Assembly: GCF_964355755.1 (NCBI RefSeq)
Contig: NC_092671.1
Coordinates: 12,586,001 to 12,650,000, forward strand
Source: Antedon mediterranea
Lineage: Eukaryota; Animalia; Echinodermata
Reading direction: 5' to 3'
DNA length: 64,000 nucleotides
The notes beneath the pieces were generated by a model that saw nothing but the letters and a program-made list of their open reading frames with translations, did not search any database and was not told where the DNA came from. This document shows, piece after piece, positions 15,101-30,100 of the stretch (the stretch's first letter is position 1; the number at the start of each line of letters is the position of its first letter). Made by a program: the position numbers and the translations under genes.

Positions 15101-18100
15101 GTTGAGGTTAATGTTGGAGTAGATGTCCGGTTGGAATGTCAAATAATTGGTAACCCACATCCAACTATAATTTGGCTACGTGATGGAAAAAGAATAAAAA
15201 GTGACAGATTCCTTTCCTTGACTGAAAAGGATGGAACCTGTGTTCTCCTTATCAGTCCAGTTTGTGAGGATGATGATGCTGAGTTTGAATGTCATGCTGA
15301 AAACTCAGAAGGTTTTGTGTCAACATATGCAGACATAATATTAATGGAGTATGAAACAACTATCACTGATGAATTGCACAAAACGGAAGTGTTGTTTGAT
15401 ACAGAAGATAGATCTTTAAAACCTGTGGAATTACAAATTGAAATGAAACAACCTTCAGAAGTAGAAGGATCCAAGCCAGAAGTAGAAAAACCTAAGCCAG
15501 AAGTAGAAGGACCCAAGCCAGGAAAGGCACCAACAGTTTTGGTGCCACTGCAGGATTTAGAAGTTCCACTTGCTGATGATGCAAGGCTTGAATGCCAAAT
15601 TATTGGGGAACCAATTCCAACAATATCTTGGTTAAGAGATCAGGAACTTATTTCTGGTGAAAGATTTGTAACTTTACAAGAAAAAGATGGTAATTGTCTA
15701 CTTTTAATTACTCCAGTTACAGAGGATGATGACACAATATTTGAATGCAAAGCAGAAAATCCCTTGGGAATTTCATCAACTTCATGTGAAGTAATTGTGA
15801 CTGAGGCACATAAAACTGAAATAAGCATGGAAGGAGAACCTCAGAGTTTTCAACCAATTGAATTAATTCTAGAAAAAGAGAGTGAATTAGTTCCAGAGTA
15901 TGGTGAATATGTAGAAAGGCCAGAATTTGAAGTAACCATTGAACAAGTACCATATACTTCAGAGAAAGGGGTCATTATCGAAACAACTGAGACAACTAAA
16001 ACTGAAGTTACCATGGAGACACAACCAAAGAGTTTACAACCAATTGAATTAATTTCACAGCCTGAAGTAGAAAAACCTGAATTTGAGATAAGCATTGAAC
16101 AATTACTACCTACTACAGAGGAATCAGTTGTTTTGCAAACAACAGAGATGGTTAAAACGGAAGTTACCATGGAAAGAGAACCACAGAATTTACAACCAAT
16201 TGAGATGATTCTGGAAAAGGAGAGTGAGTTAGTTCCAGAGTATGCTGAATATGTAGAAGCTGAAAGGCCAGAGTTTGAAGTAACCATTGAACAAGTACCA
16301 CCTACTTCTGAGGAAGAGGTTATTTTGAAAACTGAAACAATTAAAACTGAAGTTACCATGGAAAGAGAACCACAGACCTTCCAACCAATTGAATTAATTC
16401 TAGAAAAAGAGAGCAAATTAGTTCCAGAGTATGGTGAATATGTAGACATTAAACAACCAGAATTTGAAGAAACCATTGAACAAGTACCATCTACATTAGA
16501 GGAAGGGGTTGTTATCAAAACAACTGAAACAATTAAAACTGAAGTTACCATGGAGACACAACCAATGAGTTTACAACCAATTGAATTAATTGTGGAAAGA
16601 GAAGGAGAAACTGAAACAACAATAACTGATGAAATGCATAAAACAGATGTGGTGATTGATACAGAAGATAAAACTTTACAACCTGTGGAATTACAAATAG
16701 AAATGAAGCAACCTTCACAATTAGAAGAGTTGAAGCCAGAATTGGTTGAAAAACAACCTACAGCAAGGGCGCCAACAGTTTTGGTACCATTGCAAGATGT
16801 AGAAGTTCCACTTTCTGATGATGCAAGGCTTGAATGCCAAATTATTGGGGAGCCAATTCCAGCTATAACTTGGTTAAGAGACCAAGAACTCATTTCTGGT
16901 GATCGATTTGTAAGTTTACAAGAAAAGGATGGTAATTGTCTACTTTTAATTAGTCCAGTTACAGAGGATGATGACACAATATTTGAATGCAAAGCAGAAA
17001 ATACTATGGGAATGGCATCAACCTCATGTGAAGTAATTGTGACTGTTGAAACACCTGAAGCACATAAAACTGAAATAATTCTGGAAGAAAAACCTCAAAG
17101 TGTTCAACCAATACAGTTAGTTTTGGAAGCAGATGAATTACTTTCAGAGCCCAAAGTGGAAAAACCTGAATTTGAGATAAGTATTGAGCAATTACCAACT
17201 ACTACAGAGGAAAAGGTTGTTTTGGAAACAAGAGAGACAATTAAAACCGAAGTAACCATTGAAACAGAGCCCCAGAGTGTTCAACCCATTGAGATGATTC
17301 TGGAAGCTGAAAAGCCAGAGTTTAAAGGAACCATTGAACAAGTACCACCTATTTCAGAGAAAGAGGTTATTTTGAAAACTGAAACAATTAAAACTGAAGT
17401 TACCATCGAAAGAGAACCACAGAGCTTCCAACCAATTGAAATGATTCTGGAAAAGGAGAGTGAGTTAGTTCCAGAGTATGCTGAATATGTAGAAGCTGAA
17501 AGGCCAGAATTTGAAGTAACCATTGAACAAGTACCACCTACTTCAGAGAAAGAAGTTATTTTGGAAACAGCTGAAATAATTAAAACTGAAGTCACCATGG
17601 AAAGAGAACCACAGAGTTTACAACCAGTTGAATTAATTCTTGAAAAGGAGAGTGAGTTAGTTCCAGAGTATGGTGAATATGTAGAAGCTGAAAGGTCAGA
17701 GTTTGAAGTAACCATTGAACAAGTGCCATCTACTTCTGAGGAAGAGGTTGTTTTGGAAAAAACTGAAATAATTAAAACTGAAGTTACACTGGAAACAGAA
17801 CCTAAGAGCTTCCAACCAATTGAATTAATTCTAGAAAAAGAGAGCGAATTAGTTCCAGAGTATGGTGAATATGTAGAAATTGAACAACCAGAATTTAAAG
17901 TACCATCTACGTCAAAGGAAGAGGTTGTTATCAAAACAACTGAAACAATTAAAACTGAAGTTACCATGGAGACACAACCAATGAGTTTACAACCAATTGA
18001 ATTAATTGTGGAAAAAGAAGGAGGAACTGAAACAACTATAACTGATGAAATGCATAAAACAGATGTGGTGATTGATACAGAAGATAAAACTTTACAACCT

Positions 18101-21100
18101 GTGGAATTACAAATAGAAATGAAGCAACCTTCACAATTAGAAGAGTTGAAGCCAGAATTGGTTGAAAAACAACCTAAGGGAAAGGCACCAACAGTTTTGG
18201 TACCATTGCAAGATATAGAAGTTCCACTTTCTGATGATGCAAGGCTTGAATGCCAAATTATTGGGGAGCCAATTCCAACTATAACTTGGTTAAGAGACCA
18301 AGAAATAATTTCTGGTGATCGATTTGTAAGTTTACAAGAAAAGGATGGTAATTGTCTACTTTTAATTAGTCCAGTTACAAAGGATGATGAAACACTATTT
18401 GAATGCAAAGCAGAAAATTCTATGGGAATGGCATCAACCTCATGTGAAGTAATTGTGACTGTTGAAACAACTGAAGCACATACAGCTGAAATAGTCCTGG
18501 AAGAAGAAACTCAAAGTTTGCAACCAATACAATCAGTTTTGGAAGCAGATGAATTAATTTCAGAGCCCAAAGTGGAAAAACCTGAATTTGAGATAAGTAT
18601 TGAGCAATTACCAACTACTACAGAGGAAAAGGTTGTTTTGGAAACAAGAGAGAAAATTAAAACCGAAGTAACCATTGAAACAGAGCCCCATAGTTTTCAA
18701 CCCATTGAGATGATTCTGGAAGCTGAAAAGCCAGAGTTTAAAGGAACCATTGAACAAGTACCACCTATTTCAGAGAAAGAGGTTATTTTGAAAACTGAAA
18801 CAATTAAAACTGAAGTTACCATCGAAAGAGAACCACAGAGCTTCCAACCAATTGAAATGATTCTGGAAAAGGAGAGTGAGTTAGTTCCAGAGTATGCTGA
18901 ATATGTAGAAGCTGAAAGGCCAGAATTTGAAGTAGCCATTGAACAAGTACCACCTACTTCAGAGAAAGAAGTTATTTTGGAAACAGCTGAAATAATTAAA
19001 ACTGAAGTTACCATGGAAAGAGAACCACAGAGTTTACAACCAGTTGAATTAATTCTTGAAAAGGAGAGTGAGTTAGTTCCAGAGTATGGTGAATATGTAG
19101 AAGCTGAAAGGTCAGAGTTTGAAGTAACCATTGAACAAGTGCCATCTACTTCTAAGGAAGAGGTTGTTTTGGAAAAAACTGAAATAATTAAAACTGAAGT
19201 TACACTGGAAACGGAACCTAAGAGCTTCCAACCAATTGAATTAATTCTAGAAAAAGAGAGCGAATTAGTTCCAGAGTATGGTGAATATGTAGAAATTGAA
19301 CAACCAGAATTTAAAGTACCATCTACGTCAAAGGAAGAGGTTGTTATCAAAACAACTGAAACAATTAAAACTGAAGTTACCATGGAGACACAACCAATGA
19401 GTTTACAACCAATTGAATTAATTGTGGAAAAAGAAGGAGGAACTGAAACAACAATAACTGATGAAATGCATAAAACAGATGTGGTGATTGATACAGAAGA
19501 TAAAACTTTACAACCTGTGGAATTACAAATAGAAATGAAGCAACCTTCACAATTAGAAGAGTTGAAGCCAGAATTGGTTGAAAAACAACCTAAGGGAAAG
19601 GCACCAACAGTTTTGGTACCATTGCAAGATATAGAAGTTCCACTTTCTGATGATGCAAGGCTTGAATGCCAAATTATTGGGGAGCCAATTCCAACTATAA
19701 CTTGGTTAAGAGACCAAGAAATAATTTCTGGTGGTCGATTTGTAAGTTTACAAGAAAAGGATGGTAATTGTCTACTGTTAATTAGTCCAGTTACAGAGGA
19801 TGATGAAACACTATTTGAATGCAAAGCAGAAAATTCTATGGGAATGGCATCAACCTCATGTGAAGTAATTGTGACTGTTGAAACAACTGAAGCACATACA
19901 GCTGAAATAGTCCTGGAAGAAGAAACTCAAAGTTTGCAACCAATACAATCAGTTTTGGAAGCAGATGAATTACTTTCAGAGCCCAAAGTGGAAAAACCTG
20001 AATTTGAGATAAGCATTGAGCAATTACCAACTACTACAGATGTTGTTTTGGAAACAATTAAAACTGAAGTTACCATGGAAAGAGAACCACAGAGTTTACA
20101 ACCAATTGAGATGATTCTGGAAAAGGAGAGTGAGTTAGTTCCAGAGTATGCTGAATATGTAGAAGCTGAAAGGTCCGAATTTGAAGTAACCATTGAACAA
20201 GTACTACCTACTTCAGAGAAAGAGGTTATTTTGGAAACAGCTGAAATAATTAAAACTGAAGTTACCATGGAAAAAGAACCACAGAGTTTACAACCAATTG
20301 AATTAATTCTTGAAAAAGAGAGTGAATTAGTTCCAGAGTTTGCTGAATATGTAGAAGCTGAAAAGTCAGAGTTTGAAGAAACCATTGAACAAGTACCACC
20401 TATTTCAGAGAAAGAGATTATTTTGAAAACTGAAACAAATAAAACTGAAGTTACCATCGAAAGAGAACCACAGAGTTTACAACCAATTGAATTAATTCTG
20501 GAAAAAGATAGTGAATTAGTTTCAGAGCATGGTGAATATGTAGAAACTGAAAAGCCAGAGTTTGAAGTAACAATTGAACAGCTACCACCTACTCCTGAGG
20601 AAGAGGTTATTTTGAAAACTGAAACAATTAAAACTGAAGTTACCATCGAAAGAGAACCACAGAGTTTACAACCAATTGAATTAATTCTGGAAAAAGAGAA
20701 TGAGTTAGTTCCAGAATATGTACCATCTACTCCTGAACAAGATGTAGTTTTGGAAACAACTGAGACAATTAAACCTGAAGTTGCAATTGAAAGAGAACCA
20801 CAGAGTTTAGAAAAGGAAAGTAAATTGGTACCGGAGTATGGAGATTATGTGGAAGTTAAACAAATCCCAACTGCTTTAGATGAAGAAGTTGCTCATGAAG
20901 TAGAAATAGCATTTGAAAAACCAACTCTATTTATCAAAGTAAAGTTATATGACATTGAGGCAGAACCTGGTGATGATGCACGATTAGAATGTCAAATAGT
21001 AGGAAAACCTACACCAAATCTAACTTGGAAGAAAGACGGTAAACCATTGGACAAATCTAATTATATATCTTTGTATGAAAAGGATGGTACATGTGTTTTA

Positions 21101-24100
21101 ATCATAACACCATTCTATGAAAAAGATCAAGGAATGTACCAATGTGTTGGAGTAAATCCTGCTGGTAATGTTGTTACTTCAGCATTAGTGAAATGTAAAT
21201 TGATTAAAGGTAAGATAGTAGAAATTTGATGATGATGTGCTTTGATAATTTTTTTTTATTTATATTTCTAAAAAGTTTTTTTTCCCCAATTAATTTTTTT
21301 AATGCTAACATTTGTTTTGTAAATGAATTACTTTTTGCAGTAAAACTGTACATCATTGTATTATAACTTTTATTTGATGTGTATATTTGACGTGATTATT
21401 GCAGTGTAACTTTAACATTGCTTTCTGTTCTAAGGAATTAAGGATGAAGCTAAAAACAAACAACTAGATACAAATATTATCCTTGAGTTAACTAAAGATA
21501 CAGAGGTAAAAGTTATTAATGATGATTTTGGTTTGGTTCAAGAGGTAACAAAATGTACAACAACTACCACCACCACCACCACCAAAGAAATAACGGATGT
21601 ATTAGAAGAACCTAAACAAGATTTAGGTCTACCACGTGAAAATATGCTACAAAAATTCATGGATTCATTGCCATTGGAACCTAAAGAAATTGATGAGGAT
21701 GTAAATTCAGAACAAATGAAGCCACTAAAAGATGAACCAAAAGAGCACTTTAAAATAATGGAAGTTGTTGATACTGAACTGGTTACAGATGGGATTATAG
21801 ATACAACTATAGAAACTGCAACTCCAGATAAAGACATAGAAAACGAAAAACCTGAAATAACTGATATTAAATATTTTTCAATAACAATGAAACCTGCTAA
21901 AAATGAAGAACTTGAACTGGGGCCTGAACAAGTTCTTGAAGGAGAAATGCCAGTATTAGATTTTTCTTTTGAACCTGGGGAACATATTTCAATTGATTTT
22001 GGTAAAATATTGCCTTTACAGGAATCTGCAGTGGAAGAAGAACAAAGTTATCCTGATTTTGTTGGGGAATTTTCTCCAAGTGATATGAAGTTTCACATTA
22101 GCAAACCAGAACCTATTGAAAACATAGAACATCTTCCATCAGAAATAGCAGTATCTTCTGAGGTACAACAAGATATTTATGAGCACCCTATAATCATGAA
22201 ACCACTGAAAGATGATGTACATGTTGAAAGTGATGGTGCAGACTCTAAACTTCAGCTATTAGAGGCAATCAATGAGTTGTCCTCCTTGGTTACCAAAATC
22301 CAGCCCATCAAAAAATCAGAAATTGAATTACAGCCTGAACAAATACTTCAAGGGGAAATGCCAGAAGTAGATTTTTCAGTAGCCCCAGTTGAATACCTTC
22401 CCATTGATTTTGATAAATTTATGCCTTCAAAAGAAGTTGCAGTTAAGGAACCACTAAAATATGTCGGAAAAATAGAGAATTTTTCTCCTGTTGATATGAA
22501 ATTTGATATATCCAAACCAGAAATCATTGAAAATGTCAAAGAAATTATAGATGACTTTACAGTTACAGAAGTAACAAAACCTGTTAAATTTCCACAAGTA
22601 ACTGAGTCAACAGTAATGCCATCTGATCAAAATGCTCTGGAACAATCCCTCCAAACACCAGTTGAAATAGTTTCTAAAGAATGTCCTAAATCTCACCCCA
22701 TGAAAGCTAAAGAAACACTCCAACCAGTAATGTCTCTAGTTGAGTCTCAGACAAAACCTGAGATTTTAAAGGGTTTAAATGATGTTGAAACATACATTGG
22801 CGATATTGTTACTCTACAATGTCAAATTCAAAGTTCTCTAGAGACAGATATACAATGGTACAGAAATGGAAGTTTGTTATCGAAAGATGATACAAGGTAC
22901 GAAAAATCAATTAAGGATGGTACTGCTGTACTACGAATTAGTCCTGTAGAAGAAGAAGATGACACAGAATTTAGATGTACAGCTACTAATATTGCTGGAA
23001 ATGTATCTACATATTGTGAAGTCATAATTGAAGGTCAGTATTTTGTTTTAATATTTACAATTATTATGTGTACGTAAATTGTTTTAAGTGTATTTATTGA
23101 ATTTACTGATTTCTTTTACCTGTGATCTTTGCTACATGCATACAATAACCCAGATATATTTATTGTTAAAATTAAAATTCAAAATAAAGTAAAGTATACT
23201 ATTACAATAAACATAAACTACTTTTCTCAATTATTCACATATTTTAAAATATAATCAGCCTTTTGTTAACACAGTTGATAGCTAAATTAAAGATAAAATT
23301 TACTTATAAAAAACTGTAACATTTTCTCAGTTCTTCGAAGCAAGAAAGTATTCTCTGCTTCAGAACGAAAGCAGAAAGCGTTGTCATTGCCAACATGTGA
23401 ACAACTAGAGCTACAACAACCTTCCACAGCAAAGACAGGTGGCATGCATCTAGACATTATAGATTCAATTCAATTTCCTTCTATTCAGAATGACAAACCA
23501 GAAACTTGTGTTTCAGTGCCATGCTTTGTCCAACAGTTAGCTCCTGTTTTTTGTTCCTCTGGTAAAAGTGTAAATCTAATTGCCCATGTCGTTGGTAATC
23601 CAAATCCCACCATTCAGTGGTTTAAAAATGGTAGGCCGGTTGCTGGTGAAAGATTTCACGTTAGCCACCATGGACAAGGGTTAATTGAACTGAAGATAAA
23701 CAAAATAAGTGTTGGGGATAATGGAACATATGAATGTAAAGCAGTCAATAGCCATGGTGTAGCAATTGCGACAACAAAGCTTAATGTTGAAGATTTGAAT
23801 GTTCATACCACAACTGTCTTGAAGCATTACACTACTGAAGACATTTTAAAATATAAAAATGAAACATGCAAAGAAGAAATGTATGATATAATGGAAAAAG
23901 ATTTTGAACCTATCGCATTTCTCAAAACACTTCCACTTAAAGTTGAAGCTGAAATTGGTGGTACTGTCCGGGCTGAATGTAGAGTTATAGGCTATCCCAA
24001 ACCAACAATTGAATGGCTTGTAGATGGTAAATTAGTTTCAGGTGATAGATTTGTCGGTATTCATAGGAATGATCAAGCTGTTTTGGTTATAACACCTGTA

Positions 24101-27100
24101 AAGCTAAGTGATCAAGGAATAATTCAGTGCAGAGCTTCACATCCAATGGGCAATGCATCTAGTTTTGCAACTTTGAAGGTTTTTGAAAAGTCCCAACATA
24201 AACCATCGCTGATAAGAAAATCTGAAAAACTTGCAACATGTTCTTCACTACCAATTGAACTACCAAAAATAGTTGTAGACAGTTTTGATGATGAACATGA
24301 TGATAGACTAACTGAAAATAATGAACAACTTGCTACCAAAGATACCAATGAAGCTGTTCATGTTTCCTCTCAACCTGAACTTAACCCATATTTAGAGAAC
24401 CATAACACATATCCAGATATTAATGCATCTTCACAAAAAATCTTTGTTGATTTAGCTGAAAATCAAACATGTATATCCGAAAAAGATTCTACATTTGAAA
24501 ATGTTGTAATTAAAGATGAGTCTATGTTAGAAGAATATTTTCAAAGTGGATCTATTGGCCAACCTTATGTTTGTCCTAAATCACTAGGCACAAATATGGA
24601 TTTCCAAGAAAATAACATAAAACAGTTGGAATTTTGTAAAGAACTTGATAACTGTAGAAGTAAAGTGGGAGGTACTGCTTGTTTTGAATGTCAGGTAATT
24701 GCCAGTCCATCAAGTTCTGTAAAGTGGTTTAAAGATGGTAATTTGTTAACAATCAATGATAGATATATCATGATCAATGAGTCCAATGGATATTGCTTTT
24801 TGGTTATTTACCCTATTGTTGAAACTGATGAAGGAACATACGAGTGTCGCACTGTTGAAAATGATTGTGAAGTTTCTACTTTTGGTAGCCTAATTATTGA
24901 CACTGAAAGCTTGCTCTTGAAGAATTCCAATGTATGCCCAACAAGCAACTTATGTAAAGTGGATAATTCTGAAATGGCTACTACCGAGGCAGATGGTGAA
25001 AGCTGTAGCAACATAAAAACATTGTCACTAGAAGAAGAGCTTAAAGGTTGGAGTACAGTTTGATTTTAAGAACACCAGAATAAAGTTTATCCTTCACACC
25101 AAGATTAACTGGAATGAACCTTACTTCCATCAGTTGTAAAATATCACAATGAGTTTCACTTGCACTATTTTGTATACAACACTTTCTTCTGTCATTTAGT
25201 ACACAGTAATGCAAACAGTTCATATCTCATATTCACAAACTAAATTAATTTACCCTTTCACGCATACAAATACCGCACATTCATAGATATTAGCTGTGTC
25301 ATTTTTTTAAAGACAAATTCCCTTTTTATGCACTGTGCTACAAAATTACTTATTTTTTGTCAAACAAAAGATTTTTTGTTTAGGTTCTGGCACTGTATTA
25401 GCAATAGCAATATTTGACTGTATACTGTTCTATCCATATACAAAATTATATTGTATATTTTTTTACCTTTTTTTTACTTAACTGAGATCTGAACAATATA
25501 TATTATATCTACTTGTATGTACATTACTATTTAATATATATTTATTTTTTTACAGAACAAAGTGGTACCCAACAACCTGTTGTGACATCTCTGGATGACA
25601 CTGAAAAGCTATCAGAGGAGAAACCAACAGATATAGTACCTGTAAAAGAAGATGTGCATGATGACAAGGACCATCAAATAAGTCCTGTATTTATTCAGGA
25701 ACTACAGATGGTTCAAGCACATAAAGGTACAGAAGTGAGATTTGAATGCCAAGTAACCGGAAATCCACAACCATCAGTCAAGTGGTTCAAAGATGGACAA
25801 CCATTGTGTGGTGACGGATACTTCATCCTTAATAATAATGATGGAACATCTATGCTCCTTATTCTAAGTGCGACTGATGAAGATGAGAAGGTTTTTGAGT
25901 GTAGAGCTACCAACATACATGGAGAGGCACACACCTCTGCTACACTGAACCTGCTGGGTATAACATTTGAATGCCTGTACTTTATTGCAAATACAATGCT
26001 TCGAAAGTTTATAAAACCTTGCCAGTTTGCGTCATTTGAATCTTGCATGTATTAACAAAAAAATTGTGTGAATAAATAGATCGTTGCATGTTTGTTTTTA
26101 ATAGTGATTATTTAATTTTGTTTCCTTTTGTAGTTATCGATACTATACAGTACGTCATCAAATTAATGTAGAGTAAAACTTAGACTAGCAAGTTCTTATC
26201 TTGAAATCTCTTTAGTTGTAGATTGTTTCAGATTGATTAAAGTTCCACCAATTGTTATTCTTTCTCATTGCTATCATTCTATTTAACTTTCACATTATTT
26301 AGATATAGGCAACCACAGAATGATGCACTGCATAAAGTGCTCATGAATGCATTACAGAGTGTGATTAGCCATAAATGTATTCTAGAAAATGAATATTATA
26401 ACATAGATATAGAATAAAGCCAGCATCATATCACTTTATTAGTATAATATAATTATAATAATTGATTTTGGCTTTTTGTCATGGCTCACATATGTAGTTC
26501 GATTTTTAGAAGTTTGAGTATGGTATATTCCAGCCATCTTTTAACCAAAGGTACTCTTCAATACTCAAATTTCCAAAATTGCAGATTATATCTGAAATAA
26601 TGTAATTTTAATTGTTGATTTAGCTCCTGAGAAGGAAGAAGTAATACTGCAGGTAGCTGAACTGAAAAAAGAAGTTGAGGTAGAATTGCAACCAGTTTTA
26701 GTTGAAGGGGCAGAATCTGCAAAAGAGGCAGAGCCAGAATTGCAACCAGTTGTAGTGGAATTGGCAGCATCTGCAAAAGAAGTAGGGCCAGAAGTGAAAC
26801 CAGTTTTAGTGAAATTGGCAGCATCTGCAAAAGAAGTAGAGCCAGAAGTGCAACCAGTTTTAGTGGAAGTGGCAGAATCTGCAAAAGAAGTAAAACCAGA
26901 ATTGGAACCAGTTGTAGTGGATTTGGCAGCATCTGCAAAAGAAGCAGAGCCAGAAGTGAAAACAGTTGTAGTGGAATTGGCAGCATCTGCAAAAGAAGTA
27001 GAACCAGAATTGCAACCAGTTGTAGTGGAAGTGGCAGCATCTGCAAAAGTAGCAAAGCCAGAAGTGCAACCAGTTGTAGTGGAAGTGGCAGAATCTGCAA

Positions 27101-30100
27101 AAGAAGTAGAATCAGAATTGCAACCAGTTGTAGTTGATTTGGCAGCATCTGCAAAAGAAGCAGAGCCAGAAGTGAAACCAGTTGTAGTGGACGTGGCAGC
27201 ATCTGCAACAGAAGCAGAGGCAGAAGTGCAACCAGTTGTAGTGGACGCATCTGCAAAAGAAGCAGAGCCAGAAGTGCAACCAGTTGTAGTGGAATTGCTT
27301 GAACCCGAACAGGAAGTAAAGCCAGTTGTAGTGCAAGTGGCCAAAGGTAAAACAGAAACTGAAGTACAAGCAGTTGTACTAGAGGTTGTAGAACCTGAGA
27401 ACAAAGCGAAACCAGAAGTCCAACCCGCTGCAGAAATAAAGAAAGAAGCAGTACCACAAGAGCAGACTGCAGTACTTGAGTTGGCTGAACCTGTACAGGA
27501 AGCAGTTCCAGCTGTACAACCAGTTGCATTAGAGGCAACTGAGCCAAAGAAGAAAGAACCAGAAGTTCAACCAGTTGAGACCACAGCAGTACAATTTAGC
27601 CCAACTCACCAGTTGACCTTACCACAAGCAGCACAACCAAAAGCAAAGGTGGAAGTTACCATGCAGCCTCCCCGATTTATCACTGCATTGGAGGATATAG
27701 ATGTTGTTGAAGGAAATAATGTTCGCTTTGAAGTTCAACTAACAGGTAGTTCACCTATCAGTATCAGATGGCTGAAGGATGAGCAAGAACTGGAAGTAAG
27801 TAACACACATCTAACAAAATTACCATTATTTCGACTAAGCAATGATGAATATTACTACTACTACATCATGGTGTATATGAATTAAATTGAAATACATGTT
27901 TTTTCCTTTAGGCTTCTTCTGACTTCAAAATTCGCTTTGATGGAAAATACCATGTTTTGGAAATATTAGATGTTTTTATAGATGATTGTGGAATCTACAT
28001 CTGTGAAGCAACTAATCCTGTTGGAATTGCAGTTTGTGAAGCTAAACTTAATGTCACTGGTAAAAAAAATTATATTTTTTGTAGAAAATTTCAAGTATTT
28101 TGTTTCATACTTATACTGTACAGACTGTATCTGTATATAGAACCCATGTGTGTTATTGTTTTTGTAAATGTCTACAGAAGAATCTGAGGAAGGTCCTGTC
28201 GCAGGAGAACCACAACCAGTACAGAAAGAGGAACCGATTCATGAGATACCAGTCATTGAGATACAGCCACCAGTTGAGATATCAGCCAGCCTAATTCAGT
28301 TTGTACCAAAGAAGCCAAAGGTCACAGAAGAATTTGTCCAATCAGAGTTACACTTTCAGGTGAAAATAGTGTTGACTTTATAATCACAAGCGTAGGCCTT
28401 TGCTTCACATCATATTTGACTCTCATTTAACATTACAAACATAAACTTAATATAATTTACAGTATAGTTGGCCTGACAAATATTTACTGGTTTTCGTTTG
28501 GCACAATGTATGCAACGTTGAAATTAAACTGCAAAATATGTTGCTTTTGGTTATGCAAACCTACTTTTTACTTGTACATATGTAGGTTGAGGAAGCACCA
28601 ATATCAGAGGTCTCAGAACTGTCACTAGTTCCAGAGGTTGAGGAATGTGCTCCTTACTTTACTAAGGAACTTGAACAGAAGTCAATTGCAGTTGATGGAG
28701 AATCTGTCTTCTTTCAGTGTTCAGTTGCTGGTGTACCTAGGCCTAAGGTATAATATCCTCTTTTTTCGATTGAATATTCTTAGTCTTCTTTCAAATTGAA
28801 TAAGAACAATATTTATTTAGCAATCATAACAGAATACAATAACCTGGATAACAATAGGAAAAACCTAAACTAATTCTACACTCCACAATAGATTGCTGCT
28901 CTTTGTAATTTTATACTCTGCACACAATCAGATCCATGATTTTATTTTAATTTCTCTTTTAACAATTAATAAGAACATTATCTTCAATTTTTTTTTACAT
29001 AGGTCACTTGGTACGTTGACGGGAATGAAATTAAAGATGAACCTGAATATATTGTAAAACATACTGATGAAGGTATTTGTCAATTACACATACTGGAAAT
29101 TATTCCAGAAGATGAAGGTGATTATACATGCAAAGCTGTTAACCACCTTGGTGAAGCCACAACTATGGGACAACTCTTTGTTGAAGGTACGTTCTTTTTG
29201 CCTTCAAGTATAACTAGCGGATCCTCCAATTGCAAATAGAGGTCTAAAGATCTGTCTACACTATCTAATTTGTTTGAAAAAAAAAAGTGTGATGTGCCCA
29301 AATATGGTAGTGATATGCACAAATATGGCAGCGACATGACATCATGTCCATATATGGGCAAATCACTTTTTTTTGTAACATAAAGTTTGATAGTGTAGAT
29401 TGAGCTTAAAGATGTATTGTCCTCAAAAAACATGAAAAATGAAGATTAATTATATCTGACTTTGAATATGTTATTTTGTAGTTTTAATAAAGTTAATCAC
29501 TTATAACTCGTTTTCACTTATAAAATGACAAAAAAAATGGTTAAATTTCACTAAAAACCATTGCCTGGCAGCCAATTTGACAATTTTTTGCGTTAAATTA
29601 CACAAGAAAATTAAACAATTTAATAACATTAATAAAATGGAGCTGGTATGATTGGGTAGTGTTGAATTGACATATATGTTGTCCATAGCCATCATTGGGC
29701 GATTTAACATTCAATCAATCATAAAGCACAGCTTTTAATTTTCATCATGTACTATAAGAAATTAAATTCATTTTTTTAATTAACACTTTATAAATGAGTA
29801 TAATTCATTTTTATTTTTAAAGTTTCAAAATATTGTATTGATGTTTTTCATTTAAACATATTTAACTATCCTTCCTATCATGTACTGCTGATTGAGTTTT
29901 CTAACATTTCATTGCACTGTATAGTATGTAGTTCACAACTGTAGATAAACAATTCTGAAATCATATTTAAAGCTGAATATTAATGAAAATGTTGCAATGG
30001 AATGTTTCATATGCTACAGTTTTTATGTATGTCATCTACTTATGAAATAGTTTCTTATACTTCTTGTAAATTATTTTAAATAGTGATTATAGTTATTAGT

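Noticed and set aside
15850-20646. Long minus-strand ORFs (375-380 aa, Ser/Ile/Val-rich)
   Set aside because: Antisense shadows of the Glu-rich + strand repeats; they recur with the 1,416-bp period and have no domain signature.
26558-27547. Minus-strand Leu-rich and Thr/Ser-rich ORFs that look like membrane or mucin proteins
   Set aside because: Reverse frames of the 54-bp coding repeat.
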